Part shown: positions 1 to 7,988 of the stretch, in pieces
Layout: each line of letters opens with the position of its first letter
Numbering within the stretch: the first letter of the stretch is position 1
Assembly: GCA_016839945.1 (NCBI GenBank)
Contig: JAEOTE010000034.1
Coordinates: 1-10,488, forward strand
DNA: 10,488 bases
Source: Candidatus Heimdallarchaeota archaeon
Lineage (GTDB): Archaea > Asgardarchaeota > Heimdallarchaeia > Heimdallarchaeales > Heimdallarchaeaceae
Direction of reading: 5' to 3'
Position numbers and translations under genes: made by a program
Notes under the pieces: model-generated
Databases searched by the model: none
Told to the model about the DNA's origin: nothing
What the model saw: only the letters and a program-made list of their open reading frames with translations

Positions 1-937
1 CATGAAGATAATACGATCCAAATACAATAGCAGGACCAAAGCTAATAAAAATAGCAATTTCTCCTAGACCAAAATGTGCTAATTTAAATGGTATTCCTAC
101 ATAGAAAATCCCTAGAAAAGCACCAATTAATCCAATATAAAGTATGATGTTCCCCTTAACAGCGAAGTTTAGATAGAAACCAATTCCTATTGCTACTAGT
201 AAAAAGAAAATTGCTCCAGTTAAAATCCTAGTAGGTGTAAATAACTTATATTGAATCATTCTGGATCCACCAGAAAAAGGAGTCTTCTGAATGTTTACAT
301 CATCTGTTCCAGAAATATAATCAAAGAAATCATTGAAAAGATCAGCACTAGCATGAAAAGCAAAAATACCAAGAGTTGATAACAAGAAGTATAACCATGA
401 AAAAGTGTTTTTCTCATAATAGGCTGTTGCAGCTCCTACAGCAACGGCTAGAATACTCACAGAGATGAAAGGAAGGCGAATAGCTTTCACCCAGATTTTT
501 AATGTTGATAAAAATGATACCAACAATTCCTTAATAATTGCAGGCTTATTTTCAGGAAATTTCAAACATATTTTCTCTTTTGGAATATTAATTTCCAAAG
601 GAATGATTTTTATTAATTCGTTATTAAAAATTCCTTGAGGACTTAATTTATCTTTCTTTGAGAGTTCCTTAATCATTTTTTCCTTATTTGGATGTGTTGT
701 CACAATTTTCGCTAAACCTGAATATATGAGAAAAGTCTCTTCATCTTCAATAACTAAAACTATCTTAGGATTCTGAATTATTTGTTGAATTTGAATACTA
801 TTTAGAACACTTGCGAAATAAATATTGGTTCCTTCTTGAACATAGGAACATCTGGATAGGTAAGAATTACTATAACTACATGTTGATATTAAGAAAGAAT
901 TATTTTTTTTAATAAAATTCTCTATTATATCAAGCAT
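1..937 (-). CDS. menA: MenA/UBIAD1-like (UbiA family) prenyltransferase with N-terminal PNPOx-like (split-barrel) domain; 3' end lies outside the window
   Basis: Hand translation from ATG at 937-935 stays open to base 1 (312 codons). It begins MLDIIENFIKKNNSFLIST and later reads KIWVKAIRLPFISVSILAVAVG, HASADLFNDFFDYISGTDDVN, TPFSGGSRMIQ, FYVGIPFKLAHFGLGEIAIFISFGP. NDxxDxxxGxD, SGGSR and Y..P..L...GLGE are MenA/UBIAD1 hallmarks, and there are several TM helices. It is absent from the ORF track, presumably because there is no stop codon in the window. Confidence 0.85.
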   Translation of the reverse strand, partial: MLDIIENFIKKNNSFLISTCSYSNSYLSRCSYVQEGTNIYFASVLNSIQIQQIIQNPKIVLVIEDEETFLIYSGLAKIVTTHPNKEKMIKELSKKDKLSPQGIFNNELIKIIPLEINIPKEKICLKFPENKPAIIKELLVSFLSTLKIWVKAIRLPFISVSILAVAVGAATAYYEKNTFSWLYFLLSTLGIFAFHASADLFNDFFDYISGTDDVNIQKTPFSGGSRMIQYKLFTPTRILTGAIFFLLVAIGIGFYLNFAVKGNIILYIGLIGAFLGIFYVGIPFKLAHFGLGEIAIFISFGPAIVFGSYYLH

Positions 938-974
938 CAAACAAAAATGAATTTATAATAATTAAATATGCTGA

Positions 975-998
975 TAAAAAAGAAAAATTAGAGAGGTT
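975..998 (-). terminator. Pyrimidine/oligo-T tract after thermosome stop
   Basis: Minus strand reads CCTCTCTAATTTTTCTTTTTTA just after tandem TAA TAA stops, typical of archaeal oligo-U terminators. Confidence 0.55.
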
Positions 999-1000
999 TA

Positions 1001-2677
1001 TTACATCATACCTGGTGGCATTCCGCCTGGCATTCCGCCTGGCATTCCGCCTGGCATACCGCCTGGCATACCGCCTGGCATACCTCTTTCAGATTTAGCA
1101 ATGATTACATCATCTATTCTCAATATCATGATAGCAACTTCACTTGCAGATTTTATTGCTTGTGAAACAACTCGTAAAGGTTCAATAATACCTGCTTCAA
1201 GCATATCAACTATAGCACCTTCCTTGAAAAGATTTAATCCTGTATGGACTTTACCTTCAGCATGAGCTGCTCTCAATTCATTTATTACATCTAATGGATC
1301 AATACCTGCATTTTCTGCTAGAGTTATTGGTATTGTTAGTAATGCTTCAGAAAACGCTTTTACTGCTAATTGCCTTTTATCCTTAAATTCATCTGCAAAT
1401 TCATCTATACGATATGAGAGTTCTGTGTATATTGCTCCTCCGCCTGCTAAGTAAGTTTTGTCTTCAACAACATTTCTGACGACGCAAAGTGCATCATGTA
1501 ATGCTCTTTCAGCTTCATCAGTCACATACTTAGTGGCACCATATAGTATTATAGAAACCGCTTTAGGATTTTTGCATTCTTTGATAAAGACATGTTCATC
1601 ATCACCAAGTTTGACTTCTTCAACTAAACCAGCATCACCTAAATCGTCATCTTTAGCATCTTTTAAGTTAGTTACAATTTTTGCACCAGTAGCTCTCGAA
1701 AGTTTCTCCATATCACTTTTCTTCACTCTTCTAATTGCCATAACATTTTCTTTTGCCATGAAGTATTGTGCCATATCATCAATACCTTTCTGACAAACTA
1801 AAACATTAACACCAAGTGCAACTATTTGATCAACCATATCTTTTAGAATCTGTTCTTCATTATCTAAGAAAGATTTCATCTCTAAAGGATCGTTGATTCT
1901 GATTTCTCGATCCCATTCTCCTTTCTGAACTTCTATATTATAGTTTAAAAGCATAATTTTTGCGTTTTTTGCTGACTTTGGCATACCTGGATGTACAACC
2001 TCTTTGTCAACAATTACACCTTCAATTAGTTCAGATTCAGAGAGATTCTTTCCTATTTTTTGTAATATTTTAATATTATCTAAATCTACAGTATAATCAC
2101 CGTTCTCTTCATCTGCTACTCTCTTTACACTATCTACAGCAATTTTAGCAACTTTCTCTTTAGCTCCATGAACTGCTTTACTATGTAACGAGGTTTCAGC
2201 AATCTGGTGAAGAAGCTTGTCATCTTCTTGAAATGGTTCTAACTTCTTTGCAAGTTCATTTATAATCTCATGTGCTTTAGATGCAGCTTTTTTATAACCT
2301 TCAACAATTAAAGAAGCGTGTATTTTTTTATCAATAAGTTCTCCTCCTCTTTTCAAGAGTTCTCCTGCAAGCACGACTGAACTTGTTGTTCCATCACCAG
2401 TCTCATCATCTTGAGCTTTAGCTACTTGAACAATCATTTTTGCAGCAGGATGCTGAACATCTATTTCATCCAAAAGAGTTGCACCATCATTGGAAATAAG
2501 AATATCACCAAGACTATCAACCATCATTTTGTCCATACCGCGTGGTCCTAAAGTGCTTTTTATTGTATCAGCTACAATAGATGCTGCCATAATATTATTC
2601 TTTTGCGCATCTCTTCCTTTTGTCCTCTCGGTACCTTCTTTTAAAATAATTACAGGGACTTGTCCTTGACCATACAT
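1001..2677 (-). CDS. ths: Thermosome subunit (group II chaperonin, CCT/TCP-1 family)
   Basis: Motifs STLGPRGMDKM, GDGTTS, QKGIDD, ERALHDA, GGGA, ILRIDD and a GGM-rich tail. The start is moved from the ORF-track GTG (2689) to ATG 2677 (MYGQGQVPV) because that GTG is part of an AAGGTGA SD sequence whose GGTGA core lies 8 nt upstream of the ATG. The alpha/beta subtype is not assigned. Confidence 0.97.
   Translation of the reverse strand: MYGQGQVPVIILKEGTERTKGRDAQKNNIMAASIVADTIKSTLGPRGMDKMMVDSLGDILISNDGATLLDEIDVQHPAAKMIVQVAKAQDDETGDGTTSSVVLAGELLKRGGELIDKKIHASLIVEGYKKAASKAHEIINELAKKLEPFQEDDKLLHQIAETSLHSKAVHGAKEKVAKIAVDSVKRVADEENGDYTVDLDNIKILQKIGKNLSESELIEGVIVDKEVVHPGMPKSAKNAKIMLLNYNIEVQKGEWDREIRINDPLEMKSFLDNEEQILKDMVDQIVALGVNVLVCQKGIDDMAQYFMAKENVMAIRRVKKSDMEKLSRATGAKIVTNLKDAKDDDLGDAGLVEEVKLGDDEHVFIKECKNPKAVSIILYGATKYVTDEAERALHDALCVVRNVVEDKTYLAGGGAIYTELSYRIDEFADEFKDKRQLAVKAFSEALLTIPITLAENAGIDPLDVINELRAAHAEGKVHTGLNLFKEGAIVDMLEAGIIEPLRVVSQAIKSASEVAIMILRIDDVIIAKSERGMPGGMPGGMPGGMPGGMPGGMPPGMM
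1017..1084. repeat. 12-bp coding tandem repeat CCGCCTGGCAT(T/A), 5 full copies plus flanks, encoding (GGMP)n
   Basis: Units start at 1023, 1035, 1047, 1059 and 1071. The protein tail is GMPGGMPGGMPGGMPGGMPGGMPPGMM. Confidence 0.95.
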
Positions 2678-2734
2678 TTTATGTTTCACCTTAACATTCG
2701 GAAACGATTTTTCAAGCGAGTTGACTAATCATTG

Positions 2735-2750
2735 ATATATAATCTTTACG
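2735..2750 (-). promoter_or_regulatory. BRE-TATA promoter of thermosome gene
   Basis: Minus strand CGTAAAGATTATATAT is a purine-rich BRE followed by TTATATA, about 60 nt upstream of the ATG, which leaves room for a leader with an SD. Confidence 0.6.
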
Positions 2751-2848
2751 ATTTTTATAAATTTTGAAAAAGAGTAAAATAATTAACGTTTCTCCAAAGA
2801 TTTCATCTTATCTGTTAAGTTTATTTTTATTTTATTTGGTTGGATTTT

Positions 2849-2866
2849 AAGAAAAGCTTTTTATCA
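2849..2866 (+). promoter_or_regulatory. BRE-TATA promoter of Trx-V4R-V4R gene
   Basis: AAGAAAAGCTTTTTATCA about 40 nt upstream of ATG 2903, with SD-like GAGGT at 2890-2894. Confidence 0.5.
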
Positions 2867-2902
2867 TAAAAGCAAAATTGTAATACGCTGAGGTTATATA
2901 AG

Positions 2903-4468
2903 ATGTCAGATGAAGAGACCCTTCAAGAAGCTGAGAAAGTTCGCTTATTGTTTTTTACAAGTCCTACATGTTTCGCTTGTCCTGAAGTTGAAAGAGTAGT
3001 TGAAAATATTGCGGGGACTTCAATGAAGGGAATGCTTCATGTAAGTACAATAGACATTTCAGAAGAACAGGAAATAGCTTCAAAATATGGAATAATGAGT
3101 GTTCCAGTTGTTATGATGAATGAAGAAATAATTGCTCAGGGTCTTATTACTGAAGATGTTATTAGGGAAAAACTTTGGTCTCAACTTCTACCAAACATAA
3201 TTAGCAGAGAACGTGACACACGAAGAAAAGAAAGTATGATGATTTTAACAAAAAACACTATTAGCAGTATTATTTCTCAAGAATTAGTTAGAGAGAGTAT
3301 TGGAGATTATGTTCATATTGGTGTTTATCAACAAGTAATGATGTCCTTACTTGCACTTGATCCTCTTGTCCCCCAACTCTTATATCAAAGTGGTCGCGAA
3401 CTAGGTATGTATGGTGCTGCACCATATTATCTTACTGTTCTTAATCCAAGAGTTGGTGCCGTAAAACCAGAAGAAAGATTTCAAGAGACTCTTGTCGCAT
3501 TAGCTCTATTATATAGTCATAATAATATTGTTCCTTTATATCAGGCAACTCATTGTGATGTGGCTCAAATGGAGGGTTACACTGCTACTCTTCGAATATA
3601 TGAACTAGCAAACAGTGCTGGAGCAGTAAATATTGGAGAACCACTTTGCCATTATACTGCAGGAGAAATTGCGGGTACTGTTGAAGCAATGATTGGTTCA
3701 GCAACAAGTGTTATGGAAACAAAATGTAAAGGCCTTGGTGATGATTACTGTGAATTTGAAATAGAAGTTTTTCCTGGAAGGGAACTTGGAAAAGCTCCTT
3801 ACCGGGTTTATGAAGTTAAAGAAGAGGATAAGAAAATAAAATTCCTAGGTGACATTCCAGCAGAAGAATATCGACGTCAGATCTTCTATGAATTCATACA
3901 TGAAACTACACAGCATGCTTATAATTCTGTTTTAATGACTGAAGCATTAAGACCTAATGATGTTGATTATGTACATATAAGCTCATTGCAGCAACAGATC
4001 ATGTCCTTAAAATTCAGAGATAAATTCTGTGGTGCATTACTCTATTCAGCTGGAAGAGAATTAGGAGTTATTGGACCGGGAAAGAATATTATATATGACC
4101 TTCTTGCATCAGAAACTTTACCAATTGAATCTTTAAAGAAAGCTACAGAAATAATTCAACAATATCTAACTCATCCAACAAACCTTCTAAAACGAGAATA
4201 TTCAGGAGCTGAAATAGAAGAAGGTGAGGATGAAGATGAGATGATATTGCGGATTTACGAGAATGCTTACGCTTCAGGAGCAAATCTATCCGAAACCAAT
4301 CTAAATGAAACATTATGCGATTTCACTGCAGGTTATCTAGCTGGAAGATTAGCTCTTATTCTAAAAGATCCTCCAATTGTCTCTGAAACGAAATGTCATG
4401 GAACGGGACATAATTTCTGTGAATTTAGAATAGAAAAAGGTTATTCTTTCGATGAAACAGAAAATTGA
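2903..4468 (+). CDS. Thioredoxin-fold (CxxC) domain fused to two tandem V4R (4-vinyl reductase / Bet3-TRAPP-like fold) domains
   Basis: aa ~12-95 contain LLFFTSPTCFACP (C23/C26) and YGIMSVP (cis-Pro loop), a thioredoxin/glutaredoxin-like domain. Two V4R signatures follow: PLCHYTAGEIAG...ETKCKGLGDDYCEF (C249/E272/C275/C283) and TLCDFTAGYLAG...ETKCHGTGHNFCEF (C472/E495/C498/C506). Internal duplication is also visible in DYVHI...QQ and LLYxxGRELG. Confidence 0.85.
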   Translation: MSDEETLQEAEKVRLLFFTSPTCFACPEVERVVENIAGTSMKGMLHVSTIDISEEQEIASKYGIMSVPVVMMNEEIIAQGLITEDVIREKLWSQLLPNIISRERDTRRKESMMILTKNTISSIISQELVRESIGDYVHIGVYQQVMMSLLALDPLVPQLLYQSGRELGMYGAAPYYLTVLNPRVGAVKPEERFQETLVALALLYSHNNIVPLYQATHCDVAQMEGYTATLRIYELANSAGAVNIGEPLCHYTAGEIAGTVEAMIGSATSVMETKCKGLGDDYCEFEIEVFPGRELGKAPYRVYEVKEEDKKIKFLGDIPAEEYRRQIFYEFIHETTQHAYNSVLMTEALRPNDVDYVHISSLQQQIMSLKFRDKFCGALLYSAGRELGVIGPGKNIIYDLLASETLPIESLKKATEIIQQYLTHPTNLLKREYSGAEIEEGEDEDEMILRIYENAYASGANLSETNLNETLCDFTAGYLAGRLALILKDPPIVSETKCHGTGHNFCEFRIEKGYSFDETEN

Positions 4469-4487
4469 GTCCAGTTAATTAGAAATC

Positions 4488-4503
4488 AAAAGAGTTATAA
4501 CTT
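4488..4503 (+). promoter_or_regulatory. Possible BRE-TATA promoter for the membrane protein gene
   Basis: AAAAGAGTTATAACTT about 50 nt upstream of ATG 4552; it contains the perfect palindrome AGTTATAACT (4493-4502). Confidence 0.35.
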
Positions 4504-4551
4504 AACGATTTTGTAGGTTTCCAAAAGAGCTGTATTCAAAGGAAGATAAAT

Positions 4552-5019
4552 ATGAGTACTCGAACCAGAATATGGGACAAAGAAGCAGCATTACCAAGTA
4601 TAGTAACGGTTTTTTCTATGGCTTTTTTGGCTCAAATACCACATATCTATTATTTACATGAAATTGTTCATTTAAACAATTGGAGCACACTTCCACTGTT
4701 AATAGCATTTCCGATTTTTGGTGCAATAGGCTTAAGCGCTGTTTCACTATTAATCTCTGAAACTCTTTTCAGTCGTGTTCGTAACGAAAAAGAAAGAAAC
4801 ATCTTTCGTTATCTTATTCGTGGATCACTTATAGCTATTCTGATTTATTTTGTAGTTCAGATTCTGATTATATTCTTCCTATTCGAAGTAGCTGGTGTTA
4901 TGTCGGCAAATCCTATAAACAGTGTAACATTCAAAGAAATTCTAGGAATGTCTATTGTTCTAATTATAGGTGTATTTATCAATCCACCAGTTCAAATCTC
5001 ATTAAGAAGAAAAAAATAA
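4552..5019 (+). CDS. Hypothetical integral membrane protein (about 4 TM helices)
   Basis: 155-aa ORF filling the gap between genes, with four hydrophobic segments, a basic loop (RVRNEKERNIFR) and a basic C-terminus (RRKK). No family recognised. Confidence 0.75.
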   Translation: MSTRTRIWDKEAALPSIVTVFSMAFLAQIPHIYYLHEIVHLNNWSTLPLLIAFPIFGAIGLSAVSLLISETLFSRVRNEKERNIFRYLIRGSLIAILIYFVVQILIIFFLFEVAGVMSANPINSVTFKEILGMSIVLIIGVFINPPVQISLRRKK

Positions 5020-5032
5020 ATGAAAAGAGAAT

Positions 5033-6550
5033 TTAAGGAACATATTCTCCTTTTTCTAATTTCTCTTTTAATATCTTATAAGATACAACTAGATTTTTTA
5101 CAGACCAACCAATATCAACTCTACTAACTGCAGCGTTATATGGAGCATGATGTGCATATTCTGGATCTTTTCTTGCCTTCACCATCTCTTCTTCAACAGC
5201 AGCAACATATTTGTCGATATTATCCTTGTTTTCATTTTCTGTTGGCTCAACCATCCATGCTTCATGTGCAATCAATGGGAAGTATACAGTTGGTGCATGC
5301 ATTCCATGATTAAGTATCATTTTACCAATGTCTTTTCCAGAAACTTCATATTTTCTTAGAGCTGGTGTTGCTTCAAGTACTCCTTCATGTTTCCTTGGTA
5401 TTGAAGGACCATGACTTAATCTGAATCCGTCTATTTTTTCTAGTTTTCTAACTGCATAATTAGCTGTTAAACATGCTTGTTCTGCAGTATGCTGTAATCC
5501 TTCAAATCCAAGTGCAGCAATGTATGCATATGCTCTTAATGCAACAGCTATATTACCATAGTATCCATGTAATTTTCCAATAGATTTAGGTCGATCATAA
5601 TTGAAGAAGTAATAGTCTTTATCCTTGTCATAATCGATAGTTGGAACTGGTAAGTAAGGTTCTAGGATTTCATTGCAGCTAACAGATGCGGCTCCAGGAC
5701 CTCCTCCACCATGTGGAGTTGAGAAGGTTTTGTGAAGATTAAAGTGAAGTACATCATAACCCATATCACCAGGTCTGATTTTTCCAACAATTGCGTTGAA
5801 ATTCGCACCATCATAGTAGAGTAATCCTCCAGCTTCCCTAACAATGTTTGACATTTCTATAATATCTTTTTCAAAAATTCCTAAGGTATTTGGATTTGTT
5901 AACATTAAACCAGCAGTTTTATCAGAAACAGCTGCTTTTAATGCATCCATATTAACTCTACCATCTTCATTAGATTTAATCTCAATCAGCTTCATACCGT
6001 TCATAACAGTACTTGCAGGATTAGTTCCATGACTTGAATCTGGAGCAATTATCTCGTCTCTCTGTTTCTCTCCATGATCATCATGGTATGCTTTTATGAG
6101 AGCAAGACCACAATATTCTCCACTAGCACCAGCAGGTGTTTGTATAGTTGTATAGGGAAGACCTGCTAAATCTCCTAAAGCTACTTGGAGTTCATACATT
6201 AACTCTAAAATTCCTTGAACTGTTTCTTCAGGTTGATTAGGGTGAAGATACAACATCTTCTCTGATCTTACAATTGATTCATTGACTTTTGGATTATACT
6301 TCATTGTACATGATCCTAAAGGATACATTCCAGTATCAACGCAATAATTCATTTGAGCTAAACGAACATAGTGTCTCATAACTTCTCCTTCATGAAGCTC
6401 AGGTAATTCTGGTAGCTTTGTTCTTTTCATATTTTCAGGAATTGTGATATCATCTCTTGAGAAATCACATCTTGGTGGAAGATGAGCTCTTCTTCCTTTT
6501 TTACTTAATTCAAAAATTAAGGGTTCATCATATTTTGCTTGGTTGTACAT
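5033..6550 (-). CDS. gcvPB: Glycine dehydrogenase (decarboxylating) subunit 2, glycine cleavage P protein beta
   Basis: YPLGSCTMKYNP, HGTNPAS, YYDGAN, the PLP-lysine motif HFNLHKTFSTPHGGGGPG, HAPTVYFP and EPTE. The start is placed at ATG 6550 (MYNQAKYDEPLIFE), which follows a GGAGG SD and the gcvPA stop, rather than 6565. Confidence 0.96.
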   Translation of the reverse strand: MYNQAKYDEPLIFELSKKGRRAHLPPRCDFSRDDITIPENMKRTKLPELPELHEGEVMRHYVRLAQMNYCVDTGMYPLGSCTMKYNPKVNESIVRSEKMLYLHPNQPEETVQGILELMYELQVALGDLAGLPYTTIQTPAGASGEYCGLALIKAYHDDHGEKQRDEIIAPDSSHGTNPASTVMNGMKLIEIKSNEDGRVNMDALKAAVSDKTAGLMLTNPNTLGIFEKDIIEMSNIVREAGGLLYYDGANFNAIVGKIRPGDMGYDVLHFNLHKTFSTPHGGGGPGAASVSCNEILEPYLPVPTIDYDKDKDYYFFNYDRPKSIGKLHGYYGNIAVALRAYAYIAALGFEGLQHTAEQACLTANYAVRKLEKIDGFRLSHGPSIPRKHEGVLEATPALRKYEVSGKDIGKMILNHGMHAPTVYFPLIAHEAWMVEPTENENKDNIDKYVAAVEEEMVKARKDPEYAHHAPYNAAVSRVDIGWSVKNLVVSYKILKEKLEKGEYVP

Positions 6551-6552
6551 TT

Positions 6553-7938
6553 TTAGCTCCTCCATTCTCCAATTGCTTTGACATAATCATCAAGATCCGC
6601 TTTACATAGTAAGTATGAAGTTGTTACAAGATAATCGTAGTTTTCACCATCAGAAGAGTAAGGGAGTCCAGGAAAGATTTTCCTTTCTAACATAAAGTTA
6701 GTAAACTCTTTCTTCTTGCCTTTAGGAATCTTCAAATCAAGCATAAAAGTGTTGAAATATTCACTTTCAAAGACTCTTTTAACACCAATTTTTTCCAATT
6801 CACCAACAACATAATGAGCACTTAGATACATTGTTTCTGCTGTATCCTTATATCCTTCTTTTCCAAGAAGAGCTAGATGAACTGCACAACTGAGGGCCAC
6901 TAAGGCTTCATTTGTACAAATATTACTAGTAGCACGTTCTCGTTTGATGTGTTGTTCTCTTGTTTGCAAGGTGTTACAAAAAGCTCTTTCACCTTCTTTC
7001 TGTGTAATTGTGATACCCACAATACGTCCAGGCATTTGTCTGATGTCACGTTTGTCATATTTCATTGCAATAACCCCTAGAAGAGGGCCACCAAAGTTGA
7101 GGGGACCACCACCTATAGGTTGACCTTCACCAATACATATGTCAGCACCATAATCACCAGGAGCCTTAAGAAGAGCAAGAGAGTTTAAATCTGCTCCAAC
7201 TACAACCTTAATACCTTTTTCATGAGCATCTGCAATAATTTCTTGCAGTTCATCCTCAATGATACCAAAAAAGTTAGGATTCTCAATGTAGATACCAGCA
7301 ATGGTTTCATCCATTAATTCCTTAGCATTTGCAATATCCATTTTACCAGTAGAAGGATCGTGTGGAAGAATATCTAATACAAGTTTTGCACCAGTAACAT
7401 AATTCTTCAGAACAGCTTCACGATTTGGAGCAATAGCTGAGGTGTATAAAAACTTGTTACGTTTTGTGTTACGCGCACACATTAACGCTGCTTCACCTAC
7501 ACTTGTTGCCCAATCATAAAGAGAAGCATTTGCAACATTCATACCAGTAATTTCACAAATCATACTTTGATATTCCCACAAAGCCTGCAAAGATCCTTGA
7601 GATACTTCTTCTTGATACTGTGTATAACCACTGTAAAATTCAGTTCTTCTCAGAATCTCATCTTGTAAAGCTGGCATATAAATGTCGAGTACTCCTCCAC
7701 CAATGAAGCTTCTAACTTCTCTTGTTGTTATATTCTTACTTAATTTTGCTTTTACAGCTTCCATTAATTCGTATTCACTTTTGTAGTAAGGGATATCTAA
7801 TGTATCTTTGAACTTTATTTCATCAGGAATATCAGAATATAGCTCCTCCACATCTTTAATCCCTAAGTATTCCAGCATCCCATCTATGTCTCCTTGAGAG
7901 TTCGCTAGATAGGGATGAGCTTTAAAATCTTGTGTCAT
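6553..7938 (-). CDS. gcvPA: Glycine dehydrogenase (decarboxylating) subunit 1, glycine cleavage P protein alpha
   Basis: SFIGGG, YTQYQEEVSQGSLQ, NASLYD, NPNFFG, FGGP, PGRIVG and LQTREQHIKRERATSNICTN, with an AAAGGTGA SD upstream. Confidence 0.96.
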   Translation of the reverse strand: MTQDFKAHPYLANSQGDIDGMLEYLGIKDVEELYSDIPDEIKFKDTLDIPYYKSEYELMEAVKAKLSKNITTREVRSFIGGGVLDIYMPALQDEILRRTEFYSGYTQYQEEVSQGSLQALWEYQSMICEITGMNVANASLYDWATSVGEAALMCARNTKRNKFLYTSAIAPNREAVLKNYVTGAKLVLDILPHDPSTGKMDIANAKELMDETIAGIYIENPNFFGIIEDELQEIIADAHEKGIKVVVGADLNSLALLKAPGDYGADICIGEGQPIGGGPLNFGGPLLGVIAMKYDKRDIRQMPGRIVGITITQKEGERAFCNTLQTREQHIKRERATSNICTNEALVALSCAVHLALLGKEGYKDTAETMYLSAHYVVGELEKIGVKRVFESEYFNTFMLDLKIPKGKKKEFTNFMLERKIFPGLPYSSDGENYDYLVTTSYLLCKADLDDYVKAIGEWRS

Positions 7939-7961
7939 TTTTTCACCTTTTAATTAATTGA

Positions 7962-7988
7962 TAAAAAGAGAGGGGAAATTTCACCTCT
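7962..7988 (-). terminator. Stem-loop plus T-tract between gcvH and gcvPA
   Basis: Minus strand AGAGG-T-GAAATTTC-C-CCTCT (20-bp palindrome with one mismatch, 7969-7988) is directly followed by CTTTTT. Confidence 0.55.

Noticed and set aside
579-599. Inverted repeat TTTGGAA-N7-TTCCAAA near the domain junction of the menA fusion
   Set aside because: A 7-bp AT-rich stem inside coding sequence; the frame is continuous, so no frameshift or terminator is needed.
1458-1793. 111-aa plus-strand ORF
   Set aside because: Antisense shadow of the thermosome gene; Ser/Thr-rich, with no motif or start signals.
2678-2689. ORF-track upstream starts for the thermosome (GTG 2689) and likewise gcvPB (ATG 6565)
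   Set aside because: Both overlap Shine-Dalgarno motifs that are correctly spaced for the downstream ATGs at 2677 and 6550.
4466-4551. Selenocysteine read-through of the TGA ending the Trx-V4R-V4R gene
   Set aside because: The V4R domain is already complete, an in-frame TAG follows four codons later, and no SECIS-like hairpin was seen.
5147-5359. 70-aa plus-strand ORF
   Set aside because: Antisense within gcvPB; composition is typical of a spurious frame.
5662-5844. 60-aa minus-strand ORF
   Set aside because: Alternative frame nested in the conserved PLP-binding region of gcvPB.
5844-6032. 62-aa plus-strand ORF
   Set aside because: Antisense shadow of gcvPB.
6421-6431. Partial matches of the predicted TnpB guide inside the window (11 nt at 6421-6431, 9 nt at 5020-5028)
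   Set aside because: Short, AT-only-like matches expected by chance, and they miss the 5' seed bases, so there is no support for guide-directed regulation of gcv.
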